A stretch of 64,000 nt of DNA, from NCBI GenBank assembly GCA_043228905.1, contig JBHGNT010000007.1, forward strand, positions 19,096,001 through 19,160,000. The letters run 5' to 3'. The notes below the pieces were generated by a model. That model was not told where the DNA came from and made no database searches. It saw only the letters and a program-made list of their open reading frames with translations. Position numbers and translations under genes: made by a program. Shown in pieces: positions 24,364-36,031 of this stretch (within the stretch, counting starts at the first letter, position 1; each line of letters begins with the position of its first letter). Source of the DNA: Azolla caroliniana (lineage: Eukaryota; Plantae; Polypodiophyta).

Positions 24364-25129
24364 GACACCGGAACCGGACAAGATCCCGAATCGGATTCGA
24401 ATTCGGAACAAATGGAAGAACCAGTAGTAAGAAACCAAGGATGGAGATATCCTCTCCGGGAGAGAAGAGCCCCCCGAAGATTTCCGGATGCAGAGCATGT
24501 GTTGCTAACCGATGAGGGGGAACCGGAAAGTTTTGAAGAAGCAAGGGGAGACACTCACAACTGCAAGTGGTTGAGTGCCATGCAGGATGAGATGGATTCC
24601 CTGCATGAGAACCACACATATGAATTGGTGGAGTTGCCGAAAGGAAACAGGGCACTCCGGAACAAGTGGGTGTACAAGCTGAAACCGGGAGACACCGGAA
24701 ATCCACCAAGGTATAAGGCCCGAATCGTGGTGAAGGGCTTCCAACAGAAGAAAGGAGTGGACTTCGATGAGATCTTTGCCCCGGTAGTAAAGATGACATC
24801 CATTCGGACGATCTTGGGCATAGCAGGACACATGCCGGAAGCGGAGCGGACTTACAAGACATCCCATACCGGAGTGAAGGGGGGAGATTGTTGGGAAATA
24901 GGTCTCTCCGGATGGGATCCGGTGATGAATAAGGAGGACCCGGTGAGAACAGGAAGAGAGCCGGTGAGAACCGGAAGAAGTGATTTACTACTCGGTTGTG
25001 ACCAAACGATATTCCGCGCATTTCTCTTCAAAGAATGTAATATTTTTGCTCTCATAGGTCATATTTGACCTCTGAAGATGATAATATAATCTATCTATCT
25101 ATCTCTAAACCATACAAACCTTTATCAGG

Positions 25130-26790
25130 TGACATAATTCAATATTATTCTCAAGGGGAAGTCATCCTTGTAGGGGATTTTGATGTGGGAACCCATCCCA
25201 ATAGTGCACAATCTTTCAAATGGATAAAAACCTAGAAATGGTGAGTGTTGATCCTTGTGCTATATGCATCACACTTGTATCAAAAGAACAAGATGTGGAT
25301 GCCACAAGCTTTGGCCATCATCTTCTCGAACTTGAAAGTAGGCACCCGATGATCATTAAAATGGTTTAGCAATTTAAGTGGTCGGGCTCGAAAGAGCTCA
25401 CATGTTTCTTGCATGGAGAATGGGAAAGCACAATGGACTATCTAATAAAACACCATAAGGCTATCCACAATTAACTCTTTTCGGGTGGCCCCAAGCCCTA
25501 TTTGTGCCGACCATAGTTACTTCTTATATTTCGAGTTGCAGAGAGATATCTCCAATGCCATCAACTCTAGCAAAACCAACCTTCACACCACAATACATTT
25601 TACACATGAGCTCTCTGACATCCACTCTTGATATGTTCGAGCTCATTTCTCCTCTCTTTATTCTTCCTTCCTTTTAGAGAATATTAATACACAACTCACA
25701 TACATCCTTCACACCGTATCGATTAATAGTTTCTGATACATGAAACACTCCAAGCAAGGTGGAGTAGGGTCCCACAAAATAGATGGTATGATGAAGATTG
25801 TAGAGACTTATATAGACAGCTTAAAGTATGTCGACTTGGTGGTACTATTACCCTAGTATATGATCGCAAGGAAATGTGAAAGATGACATGTCGTAAGGGA
25901 TGGGCAAAGGAATATTATGGTTAGTCATATGCTCGCTAAACTATATGGTGTAGTGATGGAAGTAGAGCTCAACGATTATTTGGAGATATTAAATCTTCAA
26001 GCACATGAATGGGCCAACTTTAGATGAGCCTTTTCTACTATTGACCATATCTTCATACTTAGATGCTTAATTGACTAGACGAGACTCGCAACAGGAAATT
26101 ATATTGTTGTTTTGTGGACTTTGACAAAGCCTTTGGCACAGTCCCTAGAGAGTGGTTCTTCAATAGGCTTAAAAGGTTGGAAATACTAGATGACATGATT
26201 TGGGCCATTTGTGCTTTATATGAGCAAGTATTTGCGTGCGTACGATGTCCACGTGGCCTATCCAATTGCTTCACTAGCATCATTGGTGTAAGGGAAGGTT
26301 GTCTCCTATCACATACACTTTTTGGGATAGACATTGATGAGATTATTGATTTTATTACTCGTAAGGAATGCAACGGAGTAGACCTAGGGGTGTGCAAATC
26401 AATCTCTTGATTTATGTAGACCATATAGTTTAGTTCTCTAAGTTTGAACACGGCCTACAAAAGCACCTTAATGCCTTTGAAAATGTTTGCACACAAAGAG
26501 GACAAGTACAAGTGAATCTAGAGAAAACTAAAATCTTTATCTTCCACACATATGTTTAGGTTAGGATTGAATGTCACCTGATGCTCTCTTATAGATAATT
26601 TGAGATTGTAGTCAGATCTTGGAGTCACTTTTAGTGCTTGTTCAGGTAAAATTTCGGTGACACAAGTAGCAAAAGATAGATTAATAAGGGGATACACGTT
26701 GTTGCGAAGCCACGTGCATACGTGGGCTACTTGAGGGGAGCCACCAAGGACTTGAACTAGAGAGGATGGATGAATCGAAGGCTCATCAAT
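25130..26790 (+). mobile_element. Second, more degraded LINE (endonuclease to RT)
   Basis: VILVGDF, FSTIDHIF, CFVDFDKAFGTVPRE, GVREGCLLSHTLFG and VNLEKTK motifs, with stops and frameshifts. Confidence 0.8.
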
Positions 26791-26798
26791 GTCAGAAG

Positions 26799-29700
26799 TG
26801 TTGGATAACAAATCGTCAATCTGCTGAAGATATGCAGGAAATACACACTCGGAATAGAGGAGAAAAAACAACAAATGGATAAAATACACAGTGCACAATG
26901 TTTTACGTGGAAATCCTAAACGAGGAAAAAACCACGGGAACAGAGATTCCACTATACACAAGAGAATACAAGAGGAGATCGAAAACAACACTCTCTATGC
27001 AAGAGAAAACACAAGATAGATAGATAAGAACACAATGAAGTACTCAAGAAGATGTATATTCACAAGGAGAATAAGAGATAAAAAAATGTAGCATTACAAG
27101 GAGTCACAACCGACTTAGTATGAAGTATGAGGAGGGTGCTTTATATATAGTCACCCTCTCTCTTCATTAACTAACTACAACAACCACTCTCTCTTGGGGA
27201 ATGTGAAGACTCATAGTCATGGGGAATATGTAACTCATTAGTTATCTATCATAGAATATGATTATGTGACACATAGTTAATGTGTAGAGAGTAGTGGTGT
27301 GATTGTTGACCTTTGAGTAATCATAGATTCTCGAAAGGTGTGTTCACATGTTGCACTATGTTGAGCTTGATTCTCAACATGCCCCCTCAAGCTCAACTCG
27401 GGTTGGTTCCTTTTGATTGATATTCGCTTCGGCTAAGATCCGGCTCGGATGATCTCCGGTGTCCGCTTCGGCTCGTACCCGGTTCGGACGGTATCTGGTT
27501 CTCGCTTGTACTCCCCCTCAAGCTTGGCAAGTCAGGGATTGTCAATCCAAGGTTTGACATGAATTGCCGAAGCTTGTCGGCTCCTACTTGGTGAAGATGT
27601 TGGCTGTTTGAAGATTCGTGTTGATGTGTAGAAGATCAAGATCTCCGAATGAAGTGGTAGTGCACTTCGATATGCTTTGTGTGACGTTAGGCTGCTTCTT
27701 ACTACTCCAAGATATTGCTCCGCTACCGAGTGAGAAGAGAAATCCGGAGGTCGATTGCGATCAGCTCTATAGCCGGCCCAGTCGGCATTTGTGTACCCTT
27801 CGAGTTGAATTGGTGTGGCCGATGCGTAGAGGATGCCGTAATCCATTGTGACGCTCACGTATCATAATACTCGCTTAGCACAATCGAAATGGATATCTCG
27901 CGGAGTTTTCATGAATTGGCTAAGGAGGCCGACCGGATAGTTGAGATCGGGTCGAGTGATCGTGAGATAGATGAGGCTCCCAATCAATTGTCAATGTTGA
28001 GTTAGCTCGCACTCGTTTGTGCCGGAGTCGGCATCTAGTTTGAGGTTTCGATTGAGAGGGGTTGCCATAGATTTTCACTCTGCCATCCCAAACTTGTATA
28101 ATAAGTTGAGAATGTAGTGTCATTGAGATATCATAATGCCAGTCGGAATCCGGATTACTTCGATGCCTAGGAAGTAATGAAGTTCCTTCATGTCCGTCAT
28201 CTTGAATTTGTTGGAGAGGAGGGATTTCACCTTGTTGATGTCAACTAAACTTTCTCCTCCAATGACCAGATCATCCACGTATAGGATGATGACAATCGAG
28301 CTTCTAGAGTCGTTTCATACATAGTAGGAGTTGTCAGATTTCGACATTTGAAAGCCGATTTGATGAAGATATTGCGTAAACTTCGAATGTCAAGCACATG
28401 GTGCTTGCTTGAGTTTGTAGAGTGGCTTCTTGAGTCGGCACACGGCTTTCAGATGAGTATGCGATTCGAAGCCGGGTGGTTGTACCATGTATACTTCTTC
28501 TAATTCGCTTTGAAGAAAGACGTTCTTTACGTCCATCTGATGGAGGTGCCACACTTTCGCCGCTGCAAATGCAATTACGGTTCGCACAGTCGTTATCTTT
28601 GCCACTGGGGCAAATGTCTCTTTGTAGTCGACTCCCTGTGTGTGCGTATCCTTTCGCTACGAGTTGAGCTTTGTAGCGGTTTACGGATCCGTCAACATTA
28701 TACTTCACCTTGTAGATCCATTTGCAACTGATCGCCTTCTTGTGCGGTAAGTGGGGAACGAGATCCCATGTTTTGTTCTTGCAAAGTGCCTGCATCTCCT
28801 TGTTCATTGCTTCGACCCATCGCGGGTCCTTCACGGCTTCGGAAAAGATTTCCGACACCTGTACTGTTGCTACCTTCATCATAAAGGCATATTGGTACGC
28901 CATATAATCGTTGTGGCCAAATCGGCTTACGGGGTTTTTTTCACGGGTGGATCGGTGGAGCTTCTCGTTTGCCGATACTAAGGCTTTCTTCGCTCCATTT
29001 GTCTAGATGTGAAGGCCTTTGAACTCACTATCGAGGGAGTGAGTCGATTCGTTGCCGTCGAAGTGATCGTCTTCATACTCAGACTCGGCTGAGATGTGCT
29101 TTGATCATTGGGGGGCTCTTGTGGCCCACTAAGCCTTGTCGTAATCGAGATTTCTTCGAACATGTGCGTGAGCCAATCTCCGGCTTCTATCTCTATTTTG
29201 GCGGATTCCGGGTCGAGTGGAATCGGAGTCGAAGTTGTCTCTGGTGTGTACCAAGATGTAGACTCGTCGAAAACGATGACTGACTTGAGGGGTTATAACA
29301 CTTGTACCCCTTTTGCTCCAGTGAGTATCCTACGAGGATACATTTCTCCGACTTCGGGTCGAGCTTTTGTCACTTCTCGTCGGGGATGTGCATGTACGCA
29401 ATGGAGCCGAATATCCGAACATGTGATAGGTCTGGCTTCTTTTCGTAAAACTTCTCGTGTGGAGTAAGTTCGTGCACACCCGATGTCGTACATCGATTCA
29501 TCAAGTATACGGCCGTGTTAGCCGCTTCTGCCTAGTACGACTTCGGCAGGTGCTTTTTGATCATCATGGCCCGTGCTACTTTGAGGATGTGCCGATTCTT
29601 TCGTTCGGCGACTTCGTTTTGTTGTGGCGTATGTCAACATGAAAACTCTCGCCGAATTCCTTCTTTCCGTAGAAATGCCGAAAATTTGTTGGAGAAGTAC

Positions 29701-32142
29701 TCGCCTCCATCTGACCGAAGACATCATACATGTTAGCCCGTGGCATTCTCGACTTCATTCATAAATTTTTGGAAGTGTTCAAGCACTTCGCTCTTTTGTT
29801 GCATGGGGTAGATCCAGGTGTGCCTGGAGAAGTCATCGATGAAGGCCACGTTGTCGTGAAGATTCCGGGCCATAGGTAGAAACAAGGTGAAACGCGTAGG
29901 AACACCGGTTTACGCGAGTGCACGCCTTGAGGGAATTAAATAGGGCAAGTACTAGGCATGAGTATAAGGAGGGGTACTAGGTAGTTAGAGCATAGACATC
30001 GCATAAGTAGGGAGAGTTATGAGGAGAGTGAATCAGGGGAGAGAATCTAGGACAAAAGTGACGGGTCATGAATGCTTGTAACGATCACTCCTTGTGCTAT
30101 AAAAGGGGCAACCTTTGACTGTCTTCAGGGCGGGAGGCATCGAGAGGAAAGGATACACAGAGAAAGACCGAGGACGGACCACGGAAGAAGAGGCTTCCCC
30201 TTGCTCGCGTCAGACGCCCGAGTGCTCCCGACCTGGGGATCGACCTTCTGCGCACCGATGTCTCTTGGTACCTGGCTATTTGCCAAGCTCCGCACTCCAT
30301 CACCGGCTTTGATCCGGCTGTTACCACTCACAACACCGTGCACCTGTGTTTTAATAGAACTCTTTCTACCTAACATACTTCGTTCTCAGTGTCTTTGTCC
30401 GTGTTTGGGTCTACGCGTGACTCTCTTGCGCTCGCTCGTTAGCTAGACTTACCCGCTCTCCCGTGGTCTCTTTCTCCTTGAAGGTTGGGAGCCCGATGAT
30501 GACTCCTTTCGATTGCATTGCCTTGAGCTTTTGGAGGTTGATATGACCAATCTGCTTGTTCCAAACTCTATGTTGGAATCGACTTTCGTGCCCTTTGCGA
30601 ACATGGCTGATTTCATCTCGTGCAAGTCGAGAATGAACATTCGGCCTTCTCTTCGTCCGCGAGCGATGAGTCGGCCCTCTTTTTCAATGAAGCAACCACC
30701 TTGATTAAATCGTACTTGCATCCCTTGCTCAACAATTTGGACGACGGAGACCAAATTCTTCGTAATGGTTGGTACATGCAAGATGTTCTTAATAAAAGTT
30801 TGGTTACCTTCTTTGCCAAATGGGACATTGCCGATGTGTCAAATTGGATGCATAGTGTCATCTCCGGTTTCGACATAGCCGGGTCGCTCCGGCTCTCGAA
30901 GTTCTCGGAACCATTCTTGTTGAGACGTCACATGGTTCGAGGCACCGGAGTCAAAGAACCATACGTCTTCCAAACTAGATGCGTTATTCGAAGTAGAAGC
31001 AGACATAGAATTTGCTCTATGTCTCATCACGAACATTCTGCCGTGATTGTCATAGTCAGAGTTGGTGGCGTAATTGGTGAGTTGTCGGCTAGTGGAAGGA
31101 ATTTGCTCTATGTCTCATCACGAACATTCTGCCGTGATTGTCATAGTCAGAGTTGGTGGCGTAATTGGTGAGTTGTCGGCTAGTGGAAGTCGACTCGTGC
31201 ATCTTCTTACGACACTCTTCTTCATGGTGACCGATTTTTCCGCAATATCCGCATTAGACTGAGTTTTATTGGTTCGGACCGGAATGGAAGCTCCCCCTTC
31301 TTCCAAAGGTTCCTCGATGGCTTCTGTCTTGATGTTGAAATTGAGAGTTGTTTTCATAAGTACGGCCTCGTCCTTCTCGTGCTTGGCCGAATCAGCCTCT
31401 TCTTGCACGGCCGCATCCTCTTCCTCTAATTGAGTGTGAGTAAAGCATGTGGCCTTCCGAGGCATTGCTCCTTGTTCGAACATGGTTTTTTCCGACCAAC
31501 AACATGGATTGAAGATCGAAGAAGGATGGCGGATTCTCTTGTGCTAATACGGCGGTCCTCATCACGCCGAACCGTGGTGCAAGGCTGCCGAGGTATATTT
31601 GCACCATCTCATCATTGTCCACATTGACGCTTATCGAGCCGAGCAAGTCGCAAAGCTGCTTGATCTTCAAGGTGTAGCTCATGATGGACATATCCCTTTG
31701 TTGCATGTTGTTCAACTCTTGGCAGAGTTGAAGCTTTCTTGCGGTTGTGTTGGTGGCGAAAATCTTTCGTAGATTCTCCCACGCTTCCTTTGGCGTCTCG
31801 GCTTCTTGAATGTAGCCGAGCATGTAGTCGTGAACACATTTCGTCAATCAATACATCACTCGGCTTGCCGCATGCTCCCATGTTGCATAGTCAGCATCTT
31901 TATATATAATCTCTCTCTCTCTCTCTTCATTAACTAACTACAACAACCACTCTCTCTTGGGGAATGTGAAGTTTCATAGTCATGGGGAATATGTAACTCA
32001 TTAGTTATGTGTCATAGAATATGATTCTATGACACATAGTTAATGTGTAGAGAGTAGTGGTGTGACTCTTGACCTTTGAGTAATCATAGATTCTCGAAAG
32101 GTGTGTTCACATGTTGCACTATGTTGAGCTTGATTCTCAACA
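26799..32142 (-). mobile_element. Ty1/copia element, defective: 3' LTR 26799-27379, partial 5' LTR about 31900-32142
   Basis: gag EAETPKEAWENLRKIF, knuckle CGYCGKIGHHEEEC, protease WFFDSGASNH, integrase [22 protein letters not shown] and LYVDD, PPT TTGAGGGGGCA. No matching TSD found. A 91-bp duplication lies at 31008-31189. Confidence 0.9.
29852..30468 (+). mobile_element. Truncated solo-type LTR of the TGTCGTGAAGA family inside the copia integrase region
   Basis: Same terminal TGTCGTGAAGA and TCCTTG..CTATAAAAGG TATA context as the 19909 LTR. The 3' end and adjacent host sequence are deleted. Confidence 0.65.
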
Positions 32143-32769
32143 ATTCACATACCCCATGAATTTGCTCACATGCTCCACTATGCTTTCCCCGTCCCTGTAT
32201 TTCAACCTCATGATCTTTCTCATCAAAGAGGTTTTGTTGAGGGCATTCTTCCTCTCATATAAACCCGACAGCTTCTGCCACATCTCGTAGGCATTTGTGC
32301 CATTCGCCACATGTAGAAGGACACTAATATTGACGCACTGTCTAATGGTGGCCACCTCCTTTTTGTTGAGAAGTTTCCATTTAGACTCTAATACCCTCGT
32401 GGGTATTTTTTTTGTCAATTGGCTCGTACAGGTTGTTGACTATGAGAAGTCTTCCATCTTTATCTTCCAGTCACTCCAATTTCCTTTTGAGAATTTAGAA
32501 CTATCATACCTGGGAAGCCACTCCAACCTCCTTCCATCTTTCATGTATTGCTCTGATATCAGTTTGTTGGATAACGAATCGTCAATCTGCTGAAGGTATG
32601 CGGGAAATCACACTCGGAACAAAGAAGGAGAAAAAACAACAATTGGACAAAATACACAATGCACAACTTTTTATGTGGAAACCCTAAACGGGAAAAGAAC
32701 CACGGGAACAAAGATTCCACTATACGCAAGAGAATACAAGAGGAGATTGGAAACAACACTCTCTATGCA
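32143..32769 (-). mobile_element. Copia 5' fragment: U5 half of an LTR (32565-32769), degenerate Met PBS and Tnt1-like gag start
   Basis: 32565-32769 matches 26799-27000. PBS TGATATCAGAGC. gag YERKNALNKTSLMRKIMRLKYRDGESIVEH. Confidence 0.8.
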
Positions 32770-33276
32770 TAGTGTATTAACCACACAAGGCTCTTGGCAT
32801 CTAACCTCACTTGGCTAGGGACATATTCTTTATGGAGGACAAGACGATCAAGGTATGGGAACAACAACAACTAGGGTCGTCCTCCCAGCCGATTACTGTC
32901 ATTGATTCAACACTTACCAACTCCAGGTTTACACAACCAGCTGCACTCAACAGTCGGCTGATGCAGCCGAACTTGAGCGGACTGGCACACGACAGTTGAT
33001 TGATGTAGCAAAATCTGATTTAGATGATGAGCCGACAGAGGTAGCTGAACCGGAGCCGACTGCTGAAGGAAGGAGATATCCCCTAAGAAGAATAAGGGCA
33101 CCTTCTCGATATCTAGCTAGAGAATATGGCCTACAGACTGATGAAGGGGAGCCGGAATGCTTTGAGGAAGCAAAGTTGGATGCACATGGCTAGGAATGGT
33201 ATAATGTCATGCATAGTTCCTAATATTCGCGTACGTCCAATTTATTGGACGTACGCGAACGTTTGCAAACGTACGC

Positions 33277-33843
33277 TGTCGTGAAGAATTTCGGCCAGAG
33301 GCGGAAACCGGGAAACATTGGCTACATCGGTGGGGTGCAACGTGTGTACGCACCCGTGTACATTTAGTGTGAATATCAAGGGCGCCTTTATGGCGTCGAA
33401 GAGTAGTCAAGTCGGGACAGACGATCCCATGTAAGTCGGGATTTGTCCCACATTGTAATGCATCTCTTTCCTTGTTCTATAAAAGGAAGGGAACACCCTT
33501 TGTGTAAGGGTTGCCCATTTTGCATTAGAGGGTATACCGTTAGGTTTAGAGTTAGCTTCTTTTTCTTCTTCTTCTTCTTCTTCTTCTCCCCCTTCGTGTT
33601 CGCTTAGGGTTTGCTTCAGCTCATCTCTTGCGCAAGACCCCGCTCGACGGGACGAGCCCGTGAGCTCCCCGACCGGCGGCTTGGCAGCTGACGACTACTG
33701 TAACCTACCCCGGTCTGGCTCGATGTCGGGAATGTATTCTTCTGTTTATATATATATATATACGTTTGCGTCTGTTTGTGTATATTCGCGTCTTCGTTGG
33801 TGTCGGGTTGGCCTGCGAGTGTGTGTGCGTGAGTCGGTGTTAA

Positions 33844-33885
<42 letters not shown>

Positions 33886-33972
33886 GTTGCTTCCGGTGTG
33901 CTTCTGGGATGCCCCAGAGACGGTGAAGCGCGACTTCCTACGCCCCATCACTCCCTAGTCCAAGACCCCCGT
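33277..33972 (+). mobile_element. Solo or partial LTR of the same family as 19909-20672
   Basis: Colinear with that LTR from TGTCGTGAAGAATTTCGGCCAGAGG to CCCTAGTCCAAGACCCCCGT. The last ~45 bp are missing. Confidence 0.88.
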
Positions 33973-36031
33973 TGTCGTAGTGTATTTCGTACACTACGTG
34001 AAAAAGTAAAAATAATATAACCGATTTAATTACATATAAATAAATAAAATAATAATATCAAGATATTTATCACCAATAAATAAAATAAGAATATCAAGAT
34101 ATTTATCACGTGCATAGGGCAAGATTTGAACCTTGTACCTCCACGTAGCTAAACCTCAACTTTACCATTATGCTACCTTATCTTTAGTGCTCTATAAATA
34201 GATTAATAACTATAAGTTCTTTATTTGCGCCTACCTTTATTAAAAGGTAAATCATGCATTTTTAGAGTGCGTGAATATTTTATAGAAAAACGCAAGCAAC
34301 TAAAAAGTGACTCATGCACATCTAGCGTGCATGAGCACTATATTTAGCAAATAAAAGCAAGGATTAGAAAAGCATCACATGCACATTTAGTGTGCATGAA
34401 CATATTAGAAAAAAAAAGCATGTAGCTATGCTTAGTCTCTCCCATCACTACATAAGGATGGGGAGCACAATGTAATAGGCGTGTGAAAAATATTTGGAAA
34501 CTAGATATGTTTCTAAAAAACACCAATTAATAAACTATACTCGTGGGATTCACGAGAATTCTATATCATTCTCTTTCAACCGAAGTTTATATTCTTATAT
34601 TCATATTGATTAATCTAATACAATACACTCGTGGGATTCACGAGTTTGCTATAACTCTTTCTTACAACATATTTATATTCTTATTAGCCTTAAAACTCTC
34701 CTCTTCCTAGTCCAAAACCCCAGCGGTTCCCACCCGACTCACGCAACGATCTGGAGCCGAAAGGCACGACACCGTGGTCCCGCCTTTCTCCACGCACGCG
34801 CGTAACAACGCGACAACGCGATATTCGTTTGGTTGTTTTTTTTTTTTGGTTTTTTTGGGGTTTTTTTTTTGACGGGTTGTGAGGAGTGACGAGTCTGAGA
34901 ATCTGAGTGTTCGTGAATCTGAACTGAGAGTCAAGAGCTGAGAATCGAGAGCTCTGAGTGAGTAGTGAGGAGAAAATCGTGAGAATCAGATTTTTGTGAA
35001 GGACGAAAAGAACAGGGCGCAATCTTCCATCAATTCTAATTTCTAATTTCTGATTCCTAATTCCTGATTCCTCAGTGCTCAGTGCTACTTTTCACTGCTC
35101 ACCCGCCTACAACCTGCTGCCTTACCAATTTGTCCCATTTGATTCTTCTTGGAAGCGTGAAGGTAAATTGTTGTCAAATTCATGTATTTCTAATGTTTAT
35201 ACAATTGTTAAATCATGTGTTTCCAATGTCCATTGATCAATGAGCATGAGATCAAAACCTAACAAATACCCAAGAACTCATAAAACACTAAATGGGATTA
35301 TGGAATTATGGATGTTTGTATGTGCAAATCAGCTTTAATTTGAGGTTGTACATACTACAAATGCATGTTTTTCTCAAATAATGGATGCATCATTCAAGGG
35401 ATAAGAAAACCAGACATGCCGCCCTTCCCCGCCCCTTCACTACCCTTTTTTTTGGTTTTTTTAATCGAATAATTGAAAGAGGAAGAGAAACAACAATTTG
35501 CATGATGCATCTTTATCGTAGGTTTGTGACTTGTCTTGCATGGGATTGAGAAGGTCTTAATGTGCTAAAAAATGATACCTCTTGGCCATATAGGATTCGT
35601 AATAATGTAGAGAATTTAACTAGTTGTTCACGTTTTTCATCTAATTGAAATTTGGCCTCTGGAGAGAGATAATCACCATTGAACCTTTTGGCTTTCAGTC
35701 ATTGAAAATCTTGATATTGAAATTTGAAACATAAGATAGAAAGTAACATAGAAAGTGACATAGAAATGAATTACATTGAGGCAATGTTGCTTGAAATAGA
35801 ATAGAACTTAATAAACTCCGAGAAGGAAAAGCACTTCAAAAGGAAACAACTGAAATCAAGAACAATGAATTAAGTGCTCGTCATACCGACTATGTGATTG
35901 TAGTTTTATTAAATCAATGTAATTGTAGTTTTCTAATGTTTTTTTATATATTCATATCAACGTGATTGTAGATTGTAGATTTATTAGCTCACTTCCTAAA
36001 TTGTTGATTTATAAATCAATGTGATTGTAGT

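Larger units (their letters stand above)
17413..25032 (+). mobile_element. Ty1/copia element (Tnt1-like), defective: 5' LTR 17413-17969, internally deleted 3' LTR 24889-25032, most of RT/RNase H deleted
   Basis: PBS TGGTATCAGAGC at 17971; gag; knuckle CFYCGKLGYFQKTC; protease WVVDSEASFH; LWHRRLCH; integrase core; RT start to ILGIA; PPT GTGAAGGGGGGAGAT; TSD AAATG/GAATG. Confidence 0.95.
12170..25105 (+). mobile_element. LINE (RTE-like, APE endonuclease + RT), pseudogenised, in three pieces: 12170-13212, 15440-17412 and 25033-25105; ends in a (CTAT)n tail
   Basis: Endonuclease GNSVIDY...SDHRPL; RT NYRTIMV, FVDFKKAFD, GCPLSPTLF, LLYADD; C-terminal RLSSH...C...H...C region. The frame rejoins across the first insertion (AHVWISD-MFNDALQHGM). 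Confidence 0.9.

Noticed and set aside
24113-25021. 302-aa antisense ORF with poly-Leu
   Set aside because: Antisense of copia pol and the (GAA)24 tract.
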